A stretch of 64,000 nt of DNA from Squalus acanthias (lineage: Eukaryota): assembly GCA_030390025.1 (NCBI GenBank), contig CM059440.1, positions 28,520,001-28,584,000 on the forward strand, written 5' to 3'. Within the stretch, counting starts at the first letter, position 1; each line of letters starts with the position of its first letter. This document shows positions 1 through 12,281 of this stretch, in pieces. The notes beneath the pieces were generated by a model. That model saw nothing but the letters and a program-made list of their open reading frames with translations. It made no database searches and was not told the DNA's origin. The translations under genes and the position numbers were made by a program.

Positions 1-1588
1 TTGACAAGACCAGGATTGTCGGACAGATCATAATTATTTCAAGCACTGTTTATCGTTCTGCAGATGAGCATAAAATAAATATTTTGCTTCTCTGTTCGTT
101 GTTCTTTCTTGTACAATATTATTCTTTCTCTTTTTATGTTGTGCTTCTTAAGGACCAAACCATTTCCTAGGTAATTATTCAATTATACTGTTCAAAAGGT
201 TAAAATCTGTGGGTAGATTTTCAAATTAACACTCCTGGTGCACAGAGCCTCAATCAACAGGCCAATCGGGCCTGGAGGTCAGCGCGCCCAATTCACAGCC
301 CTCCTGATTTTCTAGAAATTAAAATTGATAACCAGAAAGTTGGAAAGGCCACGAATCGGGTACGTTTGTCTGATGAGCTCGCCTGTCGTGCGAGGTTCTG
401 TGTTGAGCACGCTGACTCGTGAGATTTACATCCTGTACCCAAGGGTGATAACGTGAAATAATACTTATGTTCTGATTTTGTAATTTATGTTTTAGTTTTG
501 CATTTCCCATTTTCTTGTTGTAAAAATCTAAATGATAAATCTTGACAAGTTGAAGAGATCAGGTAATGTCTGTGTCAAGGGTTCCCTGATTTCTGAATGC
601 TAAAGACCAACACAGTGTCACCTTTCATCACTTGATTATTTGGCTGTAATAGATGACTGGTTACTAACTGCTGTGAATCAGCACCAGTGCTCATGCCAGC
701 AGTGCCGAACCTATTGTGTGAGCTGGGAGCCGGGTCTTGGAATTAAGATTGCAGGAAAGGAGTTTATGAAGTCACACGTTTGCAAGTTAACGACAACAGG
801 CCTGCCAACATACTGTAATAGAAATTAAAATGTGCTCACTCTGCATTTATATACACATAAACACAGCTGTGTGGTTTGTAGAAAGCCTGCTCATGAAACT
901 TTGTGTGCCAGCGCAGTGCAGCAACCACGCATTGGAATTCTTTCACTGATCTACCGAACCAGCCACTCAGTATCACCAGGACACTGCTGAGTACGTTAAT
1001 CTGAATCCAGGGGACTAGTGCTTAATCGTATCATTAAACATTTTCAAGTTGATTTGTATGTTGCTAATTTCATTTTATTTCCGTACTAACACTCCTCCAT
1101 TCAGCCGTTTATAAATATGCCTTAATTCTGGCATCATTTTGGATGTTGACAGGCCTGAATCTTTGCATTGATTCTTAGATCTTCTCTATCTCCCACACTA
1201 GTTCCTTGACTTGCCTGTGACAAACTCGCTGTGGCTTTTTTGAAATAATATATTTCTGCTTATCTTTTATTTGCTGCACCCAAGTGGTACTAAACCAAAG
1301 TAATTGATGTTGGGAGCTGATGCTGATAAATGAATAAAAGGGATGCCAGCTGCAGTTTGGGACCCAGTCTGTATTACATCGTGCAAAATATTGTTGACCA
1401 CCAGATTTTGAACAAGCCATTCAGAATTTTGTTTGGTAACTAAGCAGTTTGTAAAATTGTGAAACCTAGGTAAAGGACTAAAGCTCAACGTGTAAAGTAC
1501 TATCTAAGTTGAAAAGAATAGGAGAAAATATGAGACGAATCAGGAAGCAGTGGTTAGTTGACACCAACCTTGGGTTTTAAAAGCCTTT

Positions 1589-2139
1589 GGGCTGGATTTT
1601 GATACTGGGGCGGGTTGGGGTCGTGTCATCCACTTTTCGTGTTATCCACCCGCCTGCAATTGGATGTGGGAGATTGATGCAATTTTCACCTGATTGGGCA
1701 ATTGAGTTCCAGCATGTGGGAACCCATGAACCAATTAGTGTTTTCAGTCTGAAAGTCGCCTCTAATGATGTCATCATTGCTGCTGCATTGAAGGTCTGCA
1801 AAGACTGCCTGGCCGAGAGAGAGAGAGAGACTCTCTGCAGCCAGCCAAATGTGCTCCCGCCAGGTTTCACAATCGTGGTTCAGAACAGGCGTGCTTCACG
1901 TAGAACAAGGGTTAAAATCACAAAGGCCTTTCAAAATGGCGGCATAGAGGCAATTTAGTGCTTGTTAAGGGCCTTAATAGCCTATCCCGTCTCTTAAAGG
2001 TGGGACGCAGTCGGGACCAGCAGACACGATTTCATGAAAATTGCGTGGAGGCGGGCTTGTGCCCGCCCGCCAGTTTTCGCAATTTTAACCCCCCACACAC
2101 CTCCAAACCCGCCTCCACGGGTCAATGAAAATCCAGCCC
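1589..2139. mobile_element. Non-autonomous DNA transposon (MITE), PIF/Harbinger-like
   Basis: Perfect 12-bp TIR GGGCTGGATTTT (1589-1600) / AAAATCCAGCCC (2128-2139); TTT on both sides as a 3-bp TSD; CpG-rich interior. Confidence 0.75.
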
Positions 2140-3100
2140 TTTAGGTCAGAGGAGGAAGGGAAGATAGAAGGAGTTCCACAGCACTGAGCTTGTGGGGAAA
2201 TATGAGTTGGAGTAGCAGATTGTACGATGCATCTCAAGTTCTACAGAGTGAGGAGAAGAAAGTGTCGGCCAGTGTATTTGTAGTTTGGAAGGGATAAGTG
2301 AGCAAACTTGGGAAGACACTAGCCACTCTTTGAAAAGCTAAACTCAGAATAAGCTAAGGAATTGATGTTGGGATGTCTGGAGTGCAAATTTCCCATAATT
2401 GCTGTACATGTTGCTCATTGATTGTTAACTGGATGGAATATTTGACGCAGGCCAATCTTCCATCTCAGATGTGAAGAACTGATCTGAATCATTCTTCTAG
2501 AATGAGGTGCTTTTAGAAGGTTCACCAAACACCTTTGGAAAATTTAACAAAATGTAAATTGCTTCCCAAAATACACAAGGTTCCTACATTACGACAGCCT
2601 ATTTCTCCATCTTGCTGTTCTACCTCCTGGAGACGAGTACTTTCTGTGATGGACTAACCATATAACCTTTGTGATGACTCTACATAATTATTTATGCAGG
2701 TTACGGGTCTGTTTGAAGTAAATGGTCATAACTCAATCTATACCTGAAAGGTGGACAACAACTTGGCCAAATATTTCTGTCCGTCCTATTTTTATTAAGG
2801 AAGTTTCATTGTTAGAATTTTGAAACAATGTCAAATTATAGCTAAGAAATTCCGCTGAGCAATGTTAGCTTAGCGGGTTTAGAATATTAACCCATTAATT
2901 TTAAATAGATTATTGTCTTTTTTAAAGTACTGTACAAAAGAATTTCCTACAAGTATGTTCATCATTTGTAAGATATCACTCAGCATAATTTTCAGGTTTA
3001 TGTTTTAAACAGAATTTCCAAAAAGGCAAATCTAGTCTACAGCTGGAAATTCTCTATCAGCCGTAGGCTTCCATTCTAACTCATTTGCCTTCTCTTGCAG

Positions 3101-3206
3101 CAGAAGGGAAGATACCAAAGCGACGGCAGCCATTCGTGCCATACGCCCTCAGGAACCACACTGGCTGCACCATGTGGTTTGCCACACTCACCACTACTCC
3201 AACTAG
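3101..3206 (+). CDS. VPS13D: VPS13D exon (EGKIPKRRQPFVPYALRNHTGCTMWFATLTTTPTR)
   Basis: ttgcag acceptor, gtggga donor; 106 nt, phase 1-2. Confidence 0.93.
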
Positions 3207-4104
3207 GTGGGAACTCCTTTTCCCATATTGGTTAAGGTTTAGATGCTCCGTGATATATGTTTGATCTGGCTTTGAGCGTAACCGTAAGGTTGTAGTTTTG
3301 CTTTTCTTGCCATTACACGGTACAAATCCAGAATCCGTATTCATCATTGGGTTAAACAAAGAAGTATCTACATATCCCTGTATAGAAATGAGTAGGCTAT
3401 TGAGTTGGTGGAAGAAAGAAAAATGCTACTTTTTAAATATAGAACAGGGGGCTCTGGTTCAGACTTTCAGATGTTCTCAGGCCAATTGCATCAATTCTCA
3501 AACGCATCAATTCCCAAGCGCCATTGATCTCTCTCTCTTTCAAAACTAAGTGCTTTACCTGGAGCATCAGCGCAGTGGTAGTAATTAGCTTTGGTGGCAA
3601 TTTGTTTAATGTTCAGCAGAGATTTGCTGCTATTGGCAAAACTGTAAAACAGCAAGCTCTAAGGGTGCAAAATGCGCTGGTCAACACAGTCGATCTACTA
3701 TTCACAATTGACTCCTGTCAACTGTAGTTTTCTCTTCCCCTTTCCCCCTTCACCTCATGTTTCACCATCGGTGACACAACCTTCAAACATTATCACCCTG
3801 TACTCTGGAACTCTCTTCCCAAATACCCACCCTTTCCTTGCCTTATGTCTCATCCCACCTTTAAAAGCTTTCTCAAAAAGTGCCACTTTGTGCCTTGCTT
3901 ATTTCCCATTCCTTTCCAGTGTTCATTGTTCTCTTTCCCTCACCCCCCACCCGGCCCAGATGTTTTAGGGTACATTACGCACCTGCTAAGTAAATGAGAG
4001 TTGTTGATGGACCTGCAGTCCTAGTGAACACACAGGAATTGCTAGACAAAAAAAGACCACGGTCCATCTAATTTGCCTTCTACCATCCTGGTAGTCACAT
4101 TGTG

Positions 4105-4380
4105 CCCTTAACGTATTAAAACGTACCAAGGCGCTTCACAGGCACGTTATCTAAAACAAAATTTGACACCAAGCCATATAAGGAAGTGTTAGGGCAGATG
4201 ACCAAAAGTTTGGTCAACGAGGTAGGTGTTAAAGAGCATCTTAAAGGAGGAAAGAGAAGTCGAGAGGCGGAGAGGTTTAGGGAGGGAATTCCAGAGCTTA
4301 GGACCTAAGCAGCTGAAGGCACGGCCACCAATGGTGGATCGATTTTAAAATCAGGGATGTTCAAGAGGCCAGAATTGGCG
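4105..4380 (-). mobile_element. L2-type LINE 3' fragment
   Basis: Near-copy of 28304-28545; reverse complement of 11420-11790 and 13980-14085. Confidence 0.75.
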
Positions 4381-5003
4381 GTTTTATTTATAGTCTGATA
4401 ATGGAGTTATTAACTAATCATAGCAATTAATCTCTCGCAATTAGTCTTCAACAGAACCAGACATGACGTGAGGAAAACCGCAGTGGTAGAGAGCTTTGAG
4501 AACCATAGGTCCAAGGTCACCTGTTCCTCCCAAGCATGTTATACTTTCCACGTCATGTCTCAAATTACTGATGTACTGCATCCCAAAATGTTATTTTCTG
4601 AAAGAAATCTATCTAATTTGAATCAATCAATGCCAACTGCTTCCACTGTCTCCCTAGGGAGTCTCTTCCGTTGGTTGACCACTCACTCACTGGGGGGCTG
4701 TAACAGAAATGGCTGATGCCACATTAAGTGCTAAGTTTGATGGAGAGACTGCAGATACATACCCAAGCCGCATTCACTTAATCTTTCAGCAAGAAGTTGG
4801 CTCGATTGATGTCCTGATCCAGCTGATCCTCTCCCCCAAATTAGGTTTCTTTCAGTTTTTCAGGGTTCAGAATTTAAAGTTCTCAGAGACTTGGAAATAC
4901 ATGATCTTTTGATTGAACTGATGGACCATGCAGGGTGGGTGTGAGCGAGAGTGATATAATGCACTGACAGTGATTTATGTGTTGCTTTTGCTTTCCATTG
5001 TAG

Positions 5004-5156
5004 GGTGGCACTTTCTCACAGCGAGAGCCCTGGGTATGTACACGAAGGATCTGTGGCAGAACTTGATGACATGCACAATGTCAGCCAATGGTGCGAGGTG
5101 CTCCCAGGAGAAGAAGTGCCTTTCGAGTTTGAAGCCAGGGAAAAACTAAGACACAG
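5004..5156 (+). CDS. VPS13D: VPS13D exon (VALSHSESPG...EVPFEFEAREKLRHR)
   Basis: ttgtag acceptor, gtgagt donor; 153 nt, phase 2-2. Confidence 0.95.
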
Positions 5157-5329
5157 GTGAGTGAAATAAGATAGCATAGTACTCACTCTACAGTCTTTAT
5201 ATCTCAGTAATAATCAGTGACCATATTTATGCAGTATCATGGTGGCATTTTTATGTAAAATCTTTGTGTGGTCATAACTGTGTTTGTGTAAGACACAGTA
5301 GTAATAGGTTCTTGCATTTGTACTAACAG

Positions 5330-5465
5330 ACACACTCATGAGTTGAAGATTCACCAGCTTTTGGTGCGGGTGAATGGGTGGGAACAAGTGAGCCCAGTGT
5401 CTGTGGACAAAGTCGGCATCTTCTTCCGTTGTGCAGCACCTGACCGAAATAACCAGTCCTCCATG
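5330..5465 (+). CDS. VPS13D: VPS13D exon (HTHELKIHQLLVRVNGWEQVSPVSVDKVGIFFR...)
   Basis: taacag acceptor, gtgtgt donor; 136 nt, phase 2-0. Confidence 0.92.
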
Positions 5466-5784
5466 GTGTGTATGATGTATTGTTAGCATGTCATTTGTCA
5501 AAACCTATATAATTCTGCGAATCTGTATTTTTTAACGGCTGCTTGATATTCTGAGACTTTGAAGCAGCGACAGCTTCAGAAAAAAGTTTTGCAAACAATC
5601 ATTTGTCTTTTACATGTGTGTGTGACAAGGTAAATAATTGTCATGTGCAAAAATGTCAGACACCTCTAATGGTGCAGTAGTTAAATACGCAGGCTTGTCT
5701 GGTACTGCAACACACTGACAGGAAGGTCCATGCGCTAACAAGGAGGATACGCCGACTAGCTGGAAGTGTGTATGTGCACATTTA

Positions 5785-6113
5785 CATCTACAAGATGCAC
5801 TGCAGCAACGCGCCAATGCTTCTTCAATAGCACCTCCCAACCCCGCGACCTCTACCACCTAGAAGGACAAGGGCAGCAGGCGCCTGGGAACACCACCTCC
5901 AAGTTCCCCTCCAAGTCACACACCATCCTGACTTGGAAATATATCGCCGTTCCTTCATCGGCGCTGGGTCAAAATCCTGGAACTCCCTCCCTAACAGCAC
6001 TGTCACTGCACAGACTGCAGCAGCTCACCACCACCTTCTCAAAGGCAATTAGGGATGGGTAATAAATGTTGGCCTTGCCAGTGACGCCCACATCCCAGGA
6101 ACGAAAAAAAAAA
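5785..6113 (+). mobile_element. LINE 3' end, CR1/L2 superfamily (called family A here), A-tailed
   Basis: Near-identical to 12282-12604 and 34260-34610; ends CAATAAATG...CCCACATCCC plus poly-A. Confidence 0.85.
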
Positions 6114-6203
6114 CATTGGGTAAGGGCAGATTTGGATTGAGCTGTGATACTCTTTTCCCTCCCCAAAGTGAAATCCCCTCAAGGTATGGACTGAACTAAA
6201 TCA

Positions 6204-6336
6204 GGGGATAATTTTTAGCCTAACCTGCCCGCCGGGTAACTGACGGGATCAGATCGGCCGCCCATTGACTTCAGTGGAAGGTAAAACGGGCGGCTGTTCC
6301 GATCCAGTCAGTTTCCCGCCGGGCAAAATTACCTTC
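6204..6336. mobile_element. Small palindromic MITE
   Basis: Long imperfect fold-back (GCCCGCCGGGTAACTGAC...GTCAGTTTCCCGCCGGGC) around CCATTGACTTCAGTGG; TAATTTT/AAAATTA ends. Confidence 0.6.
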
Positions 6337-6505
6337 ACAATTTTGGTTGCGGATGTTAAATGTGTGCTACAATTTGCATAAAATGTTTTATGTATGCTGT
6401 TAATTATTTCAGCCATTAATGTAAAACCAGTCATCAGCTTTAACACTTAACAGTTTAATTCAGCAGTTGCTTGTGTAACGCAAATCTACCTTCTCTCTAT
6501 GGCAG

Positions 6506-6553
6506 GTTGGGAGTCCTATCAGCAAGACCAATATAATACATCCACATGTCTAT
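6506..6553 (+). CDS. VPS13D: VPS13D small exon (VGSPISKTNIIHPHVY)
   Basis: tggcag acceptor, gtaagc donor; 48 nt, phase 0-0. Confidence 0.92.
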
Positions 6554-6854
6554 GTAAGCATTCTTTCCCTGGCTGTACATCCATCATCAGATTATAATCT
6601 ACTCTTAATTTGAAGTTACTCATTTCAAATTATTTAATGATTCAATTTTTAGCACTAAATTCTCACTTTGTGTTATTTATATTGCTTGTTTCAAATTATT
6701 GGATAATTGAATTTTTTTAGCACAACTACAACTTTCAATTATCAACAGTAGACTGTATATGATTTTTGTAATCTAGTGTATCATTTACATTTGCCCAGAG
6801 TTGCATTTAATTCTGATTCTCATTTATCTGATTGAATTGTCTCCCAGTTTTGCC

Positions 6855-7260
6855 CTGGTTCAGTTTGGTAGTACTGTTCCCTGAGTCAGAAGTTTGTGTG
6901 TTTAAACCCCTGGATTTGAGCACTTAATCTAGACTGAGATTTGAGTGCATTACTGAGGGAGTGCTGCATTGTTGGAAGTGCCATCTTTTCTAATTAGCTT
7001 CTATCTATTTGTTCTGTGGACATACGAGTTCCTATGACACTAATCAAAGAAAAGCAGGGAATTTTCCCAGTGTCCTGGCCAATAGTCCTTCCTCAAACAA
7101 CATCACCAAAAACAGATTTTCTGGACACTTATCACATTTGCCATTTACTAGTCTGCTGTGTTCAAATTAGCTGCTTTATTTGTCTACGTTAAGAACAATG
7201 AAGCCCTTTGGTGTATCCAGCTGATATGATTAGGAACTGCAGAAATGCAAGTTCTTCCTT
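6855..7260 (+). mobile_element. Degenerate Deu-domain SINE
   Basis: Colinear similarity to 25367-25821. Confidence 0.65.
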
Positions 7261-7743
7261 CGTGTGCATCAGGTCAGGTCATGAGTCTAACATTATCAAA
7301 TGTGACCGTCTCAATACTTAGCTTTGGAGATATTCATAGAGGGTAGAAATTATCAGTGCAGGTTGTGTATGAATATTTTAACACATCGTACCAAATGCCC
7401 GTTATGCTATTTTAACGGCGGTGTCGTGAGCTAATGCCTAGTGTTCATACAGGAAGCACATCAAATGGAAATTCTGCCCTATATATAATACAAAGTTGTT
7501 GTAAATACTATATGTTCAGGCATGTTTTATGCCCTTTCAGGATTTGACTTTATAGAGTTTCACTAAAAACAGCTTTAGAATAGGATTATAATTTTATAGA
7601 CTGAAATTTATGGTAGTCCTTTTAGTTTTCTGTATATAGGAAATATTGTGCTTCAGATCAGATCCTTTATCTTGTATTATTAGACGGATTGTTAAGTGCT
7701 CCTTTATGAATAAAGTGTTACATTGTGCTCCCTTCCCCTGCAG

Positions 7744-7894
7744 TTCTCGGCACTGCCCCCTGTAAGGGTTGTGTTTTCTGTGACTCTGGAGGGGAGTGCA
7801 AGAAAAGTGATAACTGTCCGCTCAGCGCTGATTGTGAAAAACAAATTGGAGGTACCCATGGAACTGAGACTGGACAGCCCGTCTGCTCCGGACA
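7744..7894 (+). CDS. VPS13D: VPS13D exon (FSALPPVRVVFSVTLEGSARK...LDSPSAPD)
   Basis: ctgcag acceptor, gtaagt donor; 151 nt, phase 0-1. Confidence 0.96.
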
Positions 7895-8489
7895 GTAAGT
7901 TATTAACCGACATGGCAGTATGTTCCTTAACAGTTATCCCTGGAATTCCAGCAATAACTCAACAGTACATCAGTAAGACAAATCCTACAAAGAAAGGATC
8001 ATCAGGCCCGCCAAGTCCATCCCATCCATTTATGGTGTAACCTCGCATGCTGTCCACAAAGTGAAATAGAGACTAATATTAGGTTCTAGATATTTTTATA
8101 CAGAGTTTAAAAACAACCAGCTTTTTTATTTTAAACTGTTTGTTTAAACATTATCCTTTCTTCAACCTGTTATTAGAAACTGTATAAAGTAAGTACACTA
8201 TGCAATGCACTAATGTCATAACCTCGGCTATTCATTTTTGATTAGTGATAGATTCAGCCATTTAAATTGAAAAGTGGATACTGACTTGGCTACAGTTTTG
8301 CAGCAGCAAGGCATTATAACTGGGGTCAGTGCCCTGGGCTAAGGAAGGGAAGATCAAACAGGGTTCTGAATCCTGATCATTAACTGGCTTGATCCTCGCT
8401 AGAAAGTCCTGTGGATATTGGGTGAAGACAGGGTTAGTCTCTGTTGGCTCCTGTGGTTCAATAACCTGTCTACGCAGGCTGCTAGTAGA

Positions 8490-9050
8490 TCTGAAGCTCA
8501 AAGCAGAGCAGCAATAAACAAAGCCAACAGAATATTGAACTATGTAACCAGAACAGTCCATACTTCTCTGGTCAAACCATACCTTGAGTAATGTGTCCAA
8601 TTCTGATCACCAAGACACAAACATCACATTCAAGCCCTAGGCATATTGTAGAATAGAGCCACAAGGTTGATCCCTCATGTCAAAGGCCTGAAATATGAGG
8701 AAAGACTGGAGAGCCTTTCTGCCTGGAAAGGTGGTGTCTGAGAGATAATCATGCAGGTAGATAAGATAGTTATGAGAATGGAGGAGATAAATGCAGAATA
8801 TCACTTTAATTCCAATTGTGAGAGTAGGACATGGGTAAATAAATTCAAGTTAGTAAAAGGCAAATTTAGGACTTGTGTCTGGAAATTTCTCTTTGCACGG
8901 AGTGATCAGTGTATGGAACAGACTTCCAGATAGAGTAGTGGAAGAAAACTTGAATTATTTATGAAACAATTGGATACTGCAGTGGGGGGACTTGGGGATC
9001 TCTTAGATTCATAAATTAAGATGGACGAATGGCCTTCCTCATCCGTGATC
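8490..9050 (+). mobile_element. Old CR1 LINE 3' fragment
   Basis: Frameshifted CR1 ORF2 C-terminus plus a CR1-type 3' UTR; resembles 58340-58855. Confidence 0.75.
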
Positions 9051-9250
9051 GTTAGCGAGAAAAGTAGAAAAATGTGATGCCTGTCTCTTCAGCCTCTTCC
9101 CTCAGTTAGGGTGTCCTTAGGGACATCACAGTGACGTACTCTGACTTGAGATTAGTAGTGGTACTGTTATTTTCCCAGGCAACAGTTTACAATGGTTGTT
9201 CACTCTTTGTATGTTCTCAAATTTATGCAAAGTAATTCTGATAATTTCAG

Positions 9251-9461
9251 AACCTGTGGTGCTGCCAGCAGTGTTACCAGGCGACTCATTAGCAATCCCC
9301 TTACACCTAACATCTTGGCGTTTACAAGCGAGACCAAAGGGGCTTGGGCTGTTCTTCTGTAAAACACCCATCCATTGGACCAGTGTGGCAAAAGTAGGGG
9401 AGGTGAACAGCAGCAAACGAGAGTGTCATTCGTCAGACTGTGACGACAATTGCTCTTACAG
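9251..9461 (+). CDS. VPS13D: VPS13D exon (PVVLPAVLPGDSLAIPLHLTSWRLQARPKG...)
   Basis: tttcag acceptor, gtaagc donor; 211 nt, phase 1-2. Confidence 0.96.
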
Positions 9462-9977
9462 GTAAGCAATCTGTTCTGATGTCAACTGCATTTATTTCTG
9501 CAAATCCCCAAAATGTTTTGGGTGTAAGTTTATGATACGCAATCTTCTAAAACTTTTTCTGTGCAATCTTCAGAACATGAAGCAACACTTAGTCACTGAA
9601 TACAAAAATTCTAGTTCTGAAGAAGGGCCTGGCTCGAAATATTTGACCTTCTGTTTTCTCCACAGATGCTAACTGACCTCCTGTTTACAGTAGTGCAGGT
9701 TTTTAAATTAAAATTCCAGTGCTGAATAACAAAATCACGCAGTTGACATAGAGGGTGCATTATTTTAATCTCTCTGCCCAGAGCTCTTATTTCAAATAGA
9801 GACTATTCTTGTATGCTTATTAGTGGAATAGTATTGCAATAATGAAGGAATCCCAACCAGAGGGACACTGGGTGATGCAGAGCATGCAAGCACTGCTCGG
9901 TCACTTCCAAGGCCTGAGTTTAAATTCAGCCCAGAGTGATGAGTTAAAAAAAATCAGGCTCTCTGCCAGTTCTAAGT

Positions 9978-10071
9978 TACTCTACCTGAGGAAGGGGCGA
10001 CAGCTCCGAAAGCTTGTAATTTTAAATAAATCTGTTGGACTATAACCTGGTGTTGTGCGACTTCTCATTTT
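9978..10071 (+). mobile_element. 94-bp Penelope-terminal-repeat-like insertion containing a minimal hammerhead motif
   Basis: 10-bp TSD AGTTCTAAGT at 9968-9977 and 10072-10081; CTGAGGA-A-GGGGC-GACA-GCTCC-GAAAGCTT core. Confidence 0.7.
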
Positions 10072-11414
10072 AGTTCTAAGTGAAATAGCTTTTGCTATTC
10101 TCAATCCAGTTCAGAAAATCCTCAACATTAGTCATCGGCTTGCACTAAATTTTCACCGAAATGGTGTGGGAAATGCCATATGCTACAGAAGGGGGGACAC
10201 TGTGAAATTGGAGTCAAACCACATTGTAAGGGCATAGTAGAGGGGACTTTACTCTGCATCTAGTCCATGCTATACCTAACCTGGATTGCTTGATGGGGCA
10301 GTGAAGAGAGAGCTTTGCCCTGCAGCTAACTCTTGATTAGAGTTTTTCCCTGGGAAGTTTTCAATTATTTTAAAACATTACATTTTCTGCACACAAATTG
10401 GAGCAAATTCGTTGTTGCCAAACTCGGCAAAGGCACTTCTTACAGCTTACATCGTTTTTAAATTTGGTTTTATTTAAAATAACAATGGGCACCTGTGTGG
10501 CTTGTTTTTTGATGTGTATTGGAAAAGAGATGATAAACCTCATCAAATGAAAGAGATACATAGAATCACAAAATAAGTTTGGATGAAGACAGCCCTTCAA
10601 CCCATTTGATCTAATTCTTTCAGAAAACCAGTCTTACAGATTTCACATTATAGGAACCAGCTGTTTCTTAAATGAGTCATGTCCAGGCCTCAACTACTCT
10701 TCCTGGCAATGCATTCTAGATGTTATCATCTATGTAAAGAAATACTTCCTGATGTCTGCCCCAAATTTACCTTTCACAACCCTGAATCAGTGCCGTCCTG
10801 TCCTGTTGCTCTGGTGTATCTGACATTGTTTCAGGTTTCCTTTTATCCTGTTAGTTCGTATACTGCTGTAAGATCCCTTGAAGCTTCTGTTTTTGAAACT
10901 GAAGAGCATCAGCTTGTCACATCATTCCTTAAAGCTTTACCGTGTAATGCCAGGGATTAGTTTTGTTGGTCTTGTCTACACTGCCCTTAGGGCCTGGATG
11001 GCTCCCTTGTGTCATGGCTACCAGAACTGTGTGCAGCACTCCAAGTATGGCCTGGCCAGGGCACCGAACAGCTTCAGCACAACCTCAGATTTCAACTCGA
11101 CGTCGGGACTTGAAATCAAATCTTAGGAGACTCGCAGCAATCCAGAGATGTTGCAACATCCCTCAATTTTCAGGAGAAAATCAGTAAAACCTCTGTGCTT
11201 GATGCTGTCATTGGGGGTAAAAGTTTAGTTTTTCCTCATATCATTGAATCCTTTACTTTAATGAACACAAAAAATGTCACCAAATTAAGGCATAAACCTA
11301 TTCATAGTTTGGCGTATAAGGGAAATAAACTGTCTATGGAACAAATATTCCTTTGAAGCTAACTTTGTTAACAGGATTCTATTGTTTGACAGATATTTCA
11401 AGAGTTTCAAGTGC

Positions 11415-11790
11415 AGCCAGCACTTCAACTTTAAAATTCTCATCCTCGTTTAAATCCCACCATGACCTTATCCCTCACTGGCTGTAACCTCCTCCAACCA
11501 AACAACTCCTCCCCCCCTGCGCTACTGGCTCTGGCCATCTTATGCATTCTCCCCCTCCTCCCTTTTCTCCACTTTTGGTAGCCGTGCCTTCAGCCATCTA
11601 GGCCTCACGCTTTGGAACTCCCTCTCCTCCTTAAAGGCCCTCATTAAAACCCAACCCCTTGGACCAGCCCTTCCTAACATCACCTCCTTTGTCATCTTTG
11701 TCTGATTAAACCTCTGTGAAGGTCGTTGGGTTTTTTTTTTACCATTAAAGGCCTTGTATAAATACAGGTTGTTGTTGTTGTTGTTGTAGT
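11415..11790 (+). mobile_element. L2-type LINE 3' fragment with (TTG)n tail
   Basis: Ends ATAAATACAGG(TTG)n; homologous to 28304-28545 in the opposite orientation. Confidence 0.75.
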
Positions 11791-11851
11791 AAGAGTGTAG
11801 GAATGTAGCTGTAGTTTTGAGAGTAAATTTTTTTTTTGTTATTTCTTCTAG

Positions 11852-12099
11852 ATATTGTGTGGCAGTTAAGAAGGAGAACTACCCCGATTACCTGCCCTTA
11901 AATTTGATGTCCGGCAATGCTATGCAGGTTTACCGACAACCAGGTCACACTGTCTACTTGCTGCCCACCCTCGTCCTGACAAATCTTCTACCCTGTGAGC
12001 TTTCCTACTATGTCAAAGGCACCTCCATCAATGGGCCATTGAAACGAGGGAAAGATGCTGTGCTGCACACAGCTGACACGTCTCAGAACATCGAGCTTG
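11852..12099 (+). CDS. VPS13D: VPS13D exon (YCVAVKKENYPDY...TADTSQNIEL)
   Basis: ttctag acceptor, gtaaga donor; 248 nt, phase 2-1. Confidence 0.96.
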
Positions 12100-12281
12100 G
12101 TAAGACCTATAATTATGTCCTTTTTGCCTCTCTCTAACCTTAAATGCAGAAGGCATCTGTCAAATTGTTAAAGGGCAAAATAGGCTGCACCTTATATTCT
12201 GCAGAAGTACTTTTCAGAGTTTCTGTAACATAGTTGCATAAATGTCGTCTTGTGTGCATTGAAAGAATGAAATAAAAACAG

